DNA of 64,000 nt, taken from assembly GCF_024235695.1 (NCBI RefSeq), contig NZ_JACKLX010000012.1; one strand, given 5' to 3'. This DNA comes from Accumulibacter sp. (GTDB taxonomy: Bacteria; Pseudomonadota; Gammaproteobacteria; Burkholderiales; Rhodocyclaceae). The notes under the pieces were generated by a model. That model had not been told where the DNA came from. It saw only the letters and a program-made list of their open reading frames with translations, and made no database searches. Shown piece after piece: positions 63,181 to 64,000 of this stretch (position 1 is the first letter of the stretch; every line of letters starts with the position of its first letter). A program made the position numbers and the translations under genes.

Positions 63181-64000
63181 TCAGGCTCGCCTGGCCAGCG
63201 TTCGCCGGCGTGCCATCGCCAGCGGCGCGAGCTGCACGACGACGATGCAGATCAGGATCAGCGCACAACCGGCGATGCCGCTGGCGCTCAGCCGATCGCC
63301 CATCAGCAGGAAGCCGAAGATCGCCGCGAAGACCGTCTCGGCCGAGAGAATGATCGCCGCGTCGGCCGGCTGCGCGTAGCGTTGCGCGATCACCTGGGTG
63401 GTGAAGCCGATGCCCACCGAAACCAGACCGGCATAGGCAATCGGCACCGCCGCCTGGCGAATCCCGGCGAGCGTGATCGTTTCGCTCAGCGCTCCCCCGA
63501 GCAGGCTGATCAGCCCGCAGACCAGGAACTGGCCGCCGGCGACCAGGAAGGGGGCGCGCATGCGCTCGGCGATGCGGCCGACGAAAATCACGTGCAGCGC
63601 CCAGAAGAAGCTGCTGGCGATCACCCACAGGTCGCCGACCACCGGCTCGAATGCCTGCGCTCCCGACAGCAGCCAGGTCCCCGCCAGGCAACCGATCGAC
63701 GTCGGCCACACCGACCAGTGCGCCGGATGTCCGAGCAGCAGCCACGACAGGAGCGGCACCAGCGGCACGTAGAGCGCCGTCAGGAAGCCGGCGTTGGTCA
63801 CCGTCGTGCTGGTGATGCCGATCTGCTGCAGGGCGGCGCCGAGCATCAGCAGCACGCCGAGGGCGGCGATGCCGAGGCCGTCAGCGGCTTGCGGACGGCC
63901 GCCGGCCGACGCCAGCAGGCGCCACTCGCGCCAGGCGAGGGGGACGACGACCAGGGTGCCGAGCAGGAAGCGAATGCCGGTGAAGGTCAGCGGACCGACG
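63181..64000 (-). CDS. DMT/EamA-family transporter, 5' end outside window
   Basis: LQQIGI..TTVTNAGFLT.LYV, GDLW, AAIILSAETVFAA; multiple TM helices. Confidence 0.88.
   Translation of the reverse strand, partial: VGPLTFTGIRFLLGTLVVVPLAWREWRLLASAGGRPQAADGLGIAALGVLLMLGAALQQIGITSTTVTNAGFLTALYVPLVPLLSWLLLGHPAHWSVWPTSIGCLAGTWLLSGAQAFEPVVGDLWVIASSFFWALHVIFVGRIAERMRAPFLVAGGQFLVCGLISLLGGALSETITLAGIRQAAVPIAYAGLVSVGIGFTTQVIAQRYAQPADAAIILSAETVFAAIFGFLLMGDRLSASGIAGCALILICIVVVQLAPLAMARRRTLARRA

Overview
GC-rich betaproteobacterial chromosome segment. The gene content (form II RuBisCO cbbM-cbbQ-cbbO next to tkt-gap-pyk-purC, PPK2, PEP-CTERM proteins) suggests Rhodocyclaceae, possibly 'Ca. Accumulibacter'; that assignment is inference. 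Left to right: (1) housekeeping and regulatory genes (AraC/GlxA, isochorismatase, PhzF, DUF853, yebC). (2) A mostly minus-strand ion/pH-homeostasis cluster: hdeA, two DUF1269 paralogues, an orphan 43-aa ccoQ-like gene absent from the ORF track, a P3A-type H+-ATPase, a class III-like ppk2 and sulP, flanked by corA, a channel, a GDT1 exchanger and aspA-dcu. This looks like an acid-resistance or polyphosphate-fuelled proton-export module. (3) A lower-GC insert of about 2 kb inside a decayed vapBC pair, with two integron-type cassettes and attC sites but no intI, a 227-bp MITE and a tyrosine-recombinase stub. (4) The cbb and central-carbon block. (5) A type I R-M operon containing a DUF4160/DUF2442 pair, whose hsdS is split by a decayed IS630 flanked by 169-bp direct repeats. 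(6) Surface/secreted proteins (880-aa repeat protein, two PEP-CTERM proteins, one beside a two-component system), a RAYT remnant and cytochrome c4. (7) A TIR-NACHT-FGE/CLec NLR-like protein, a polar amino-acid ABC transporter and a DMT. No rRNA, tRNA or CRISPR array was seen. All family calls come from motif recognition by eye; no database search was run.
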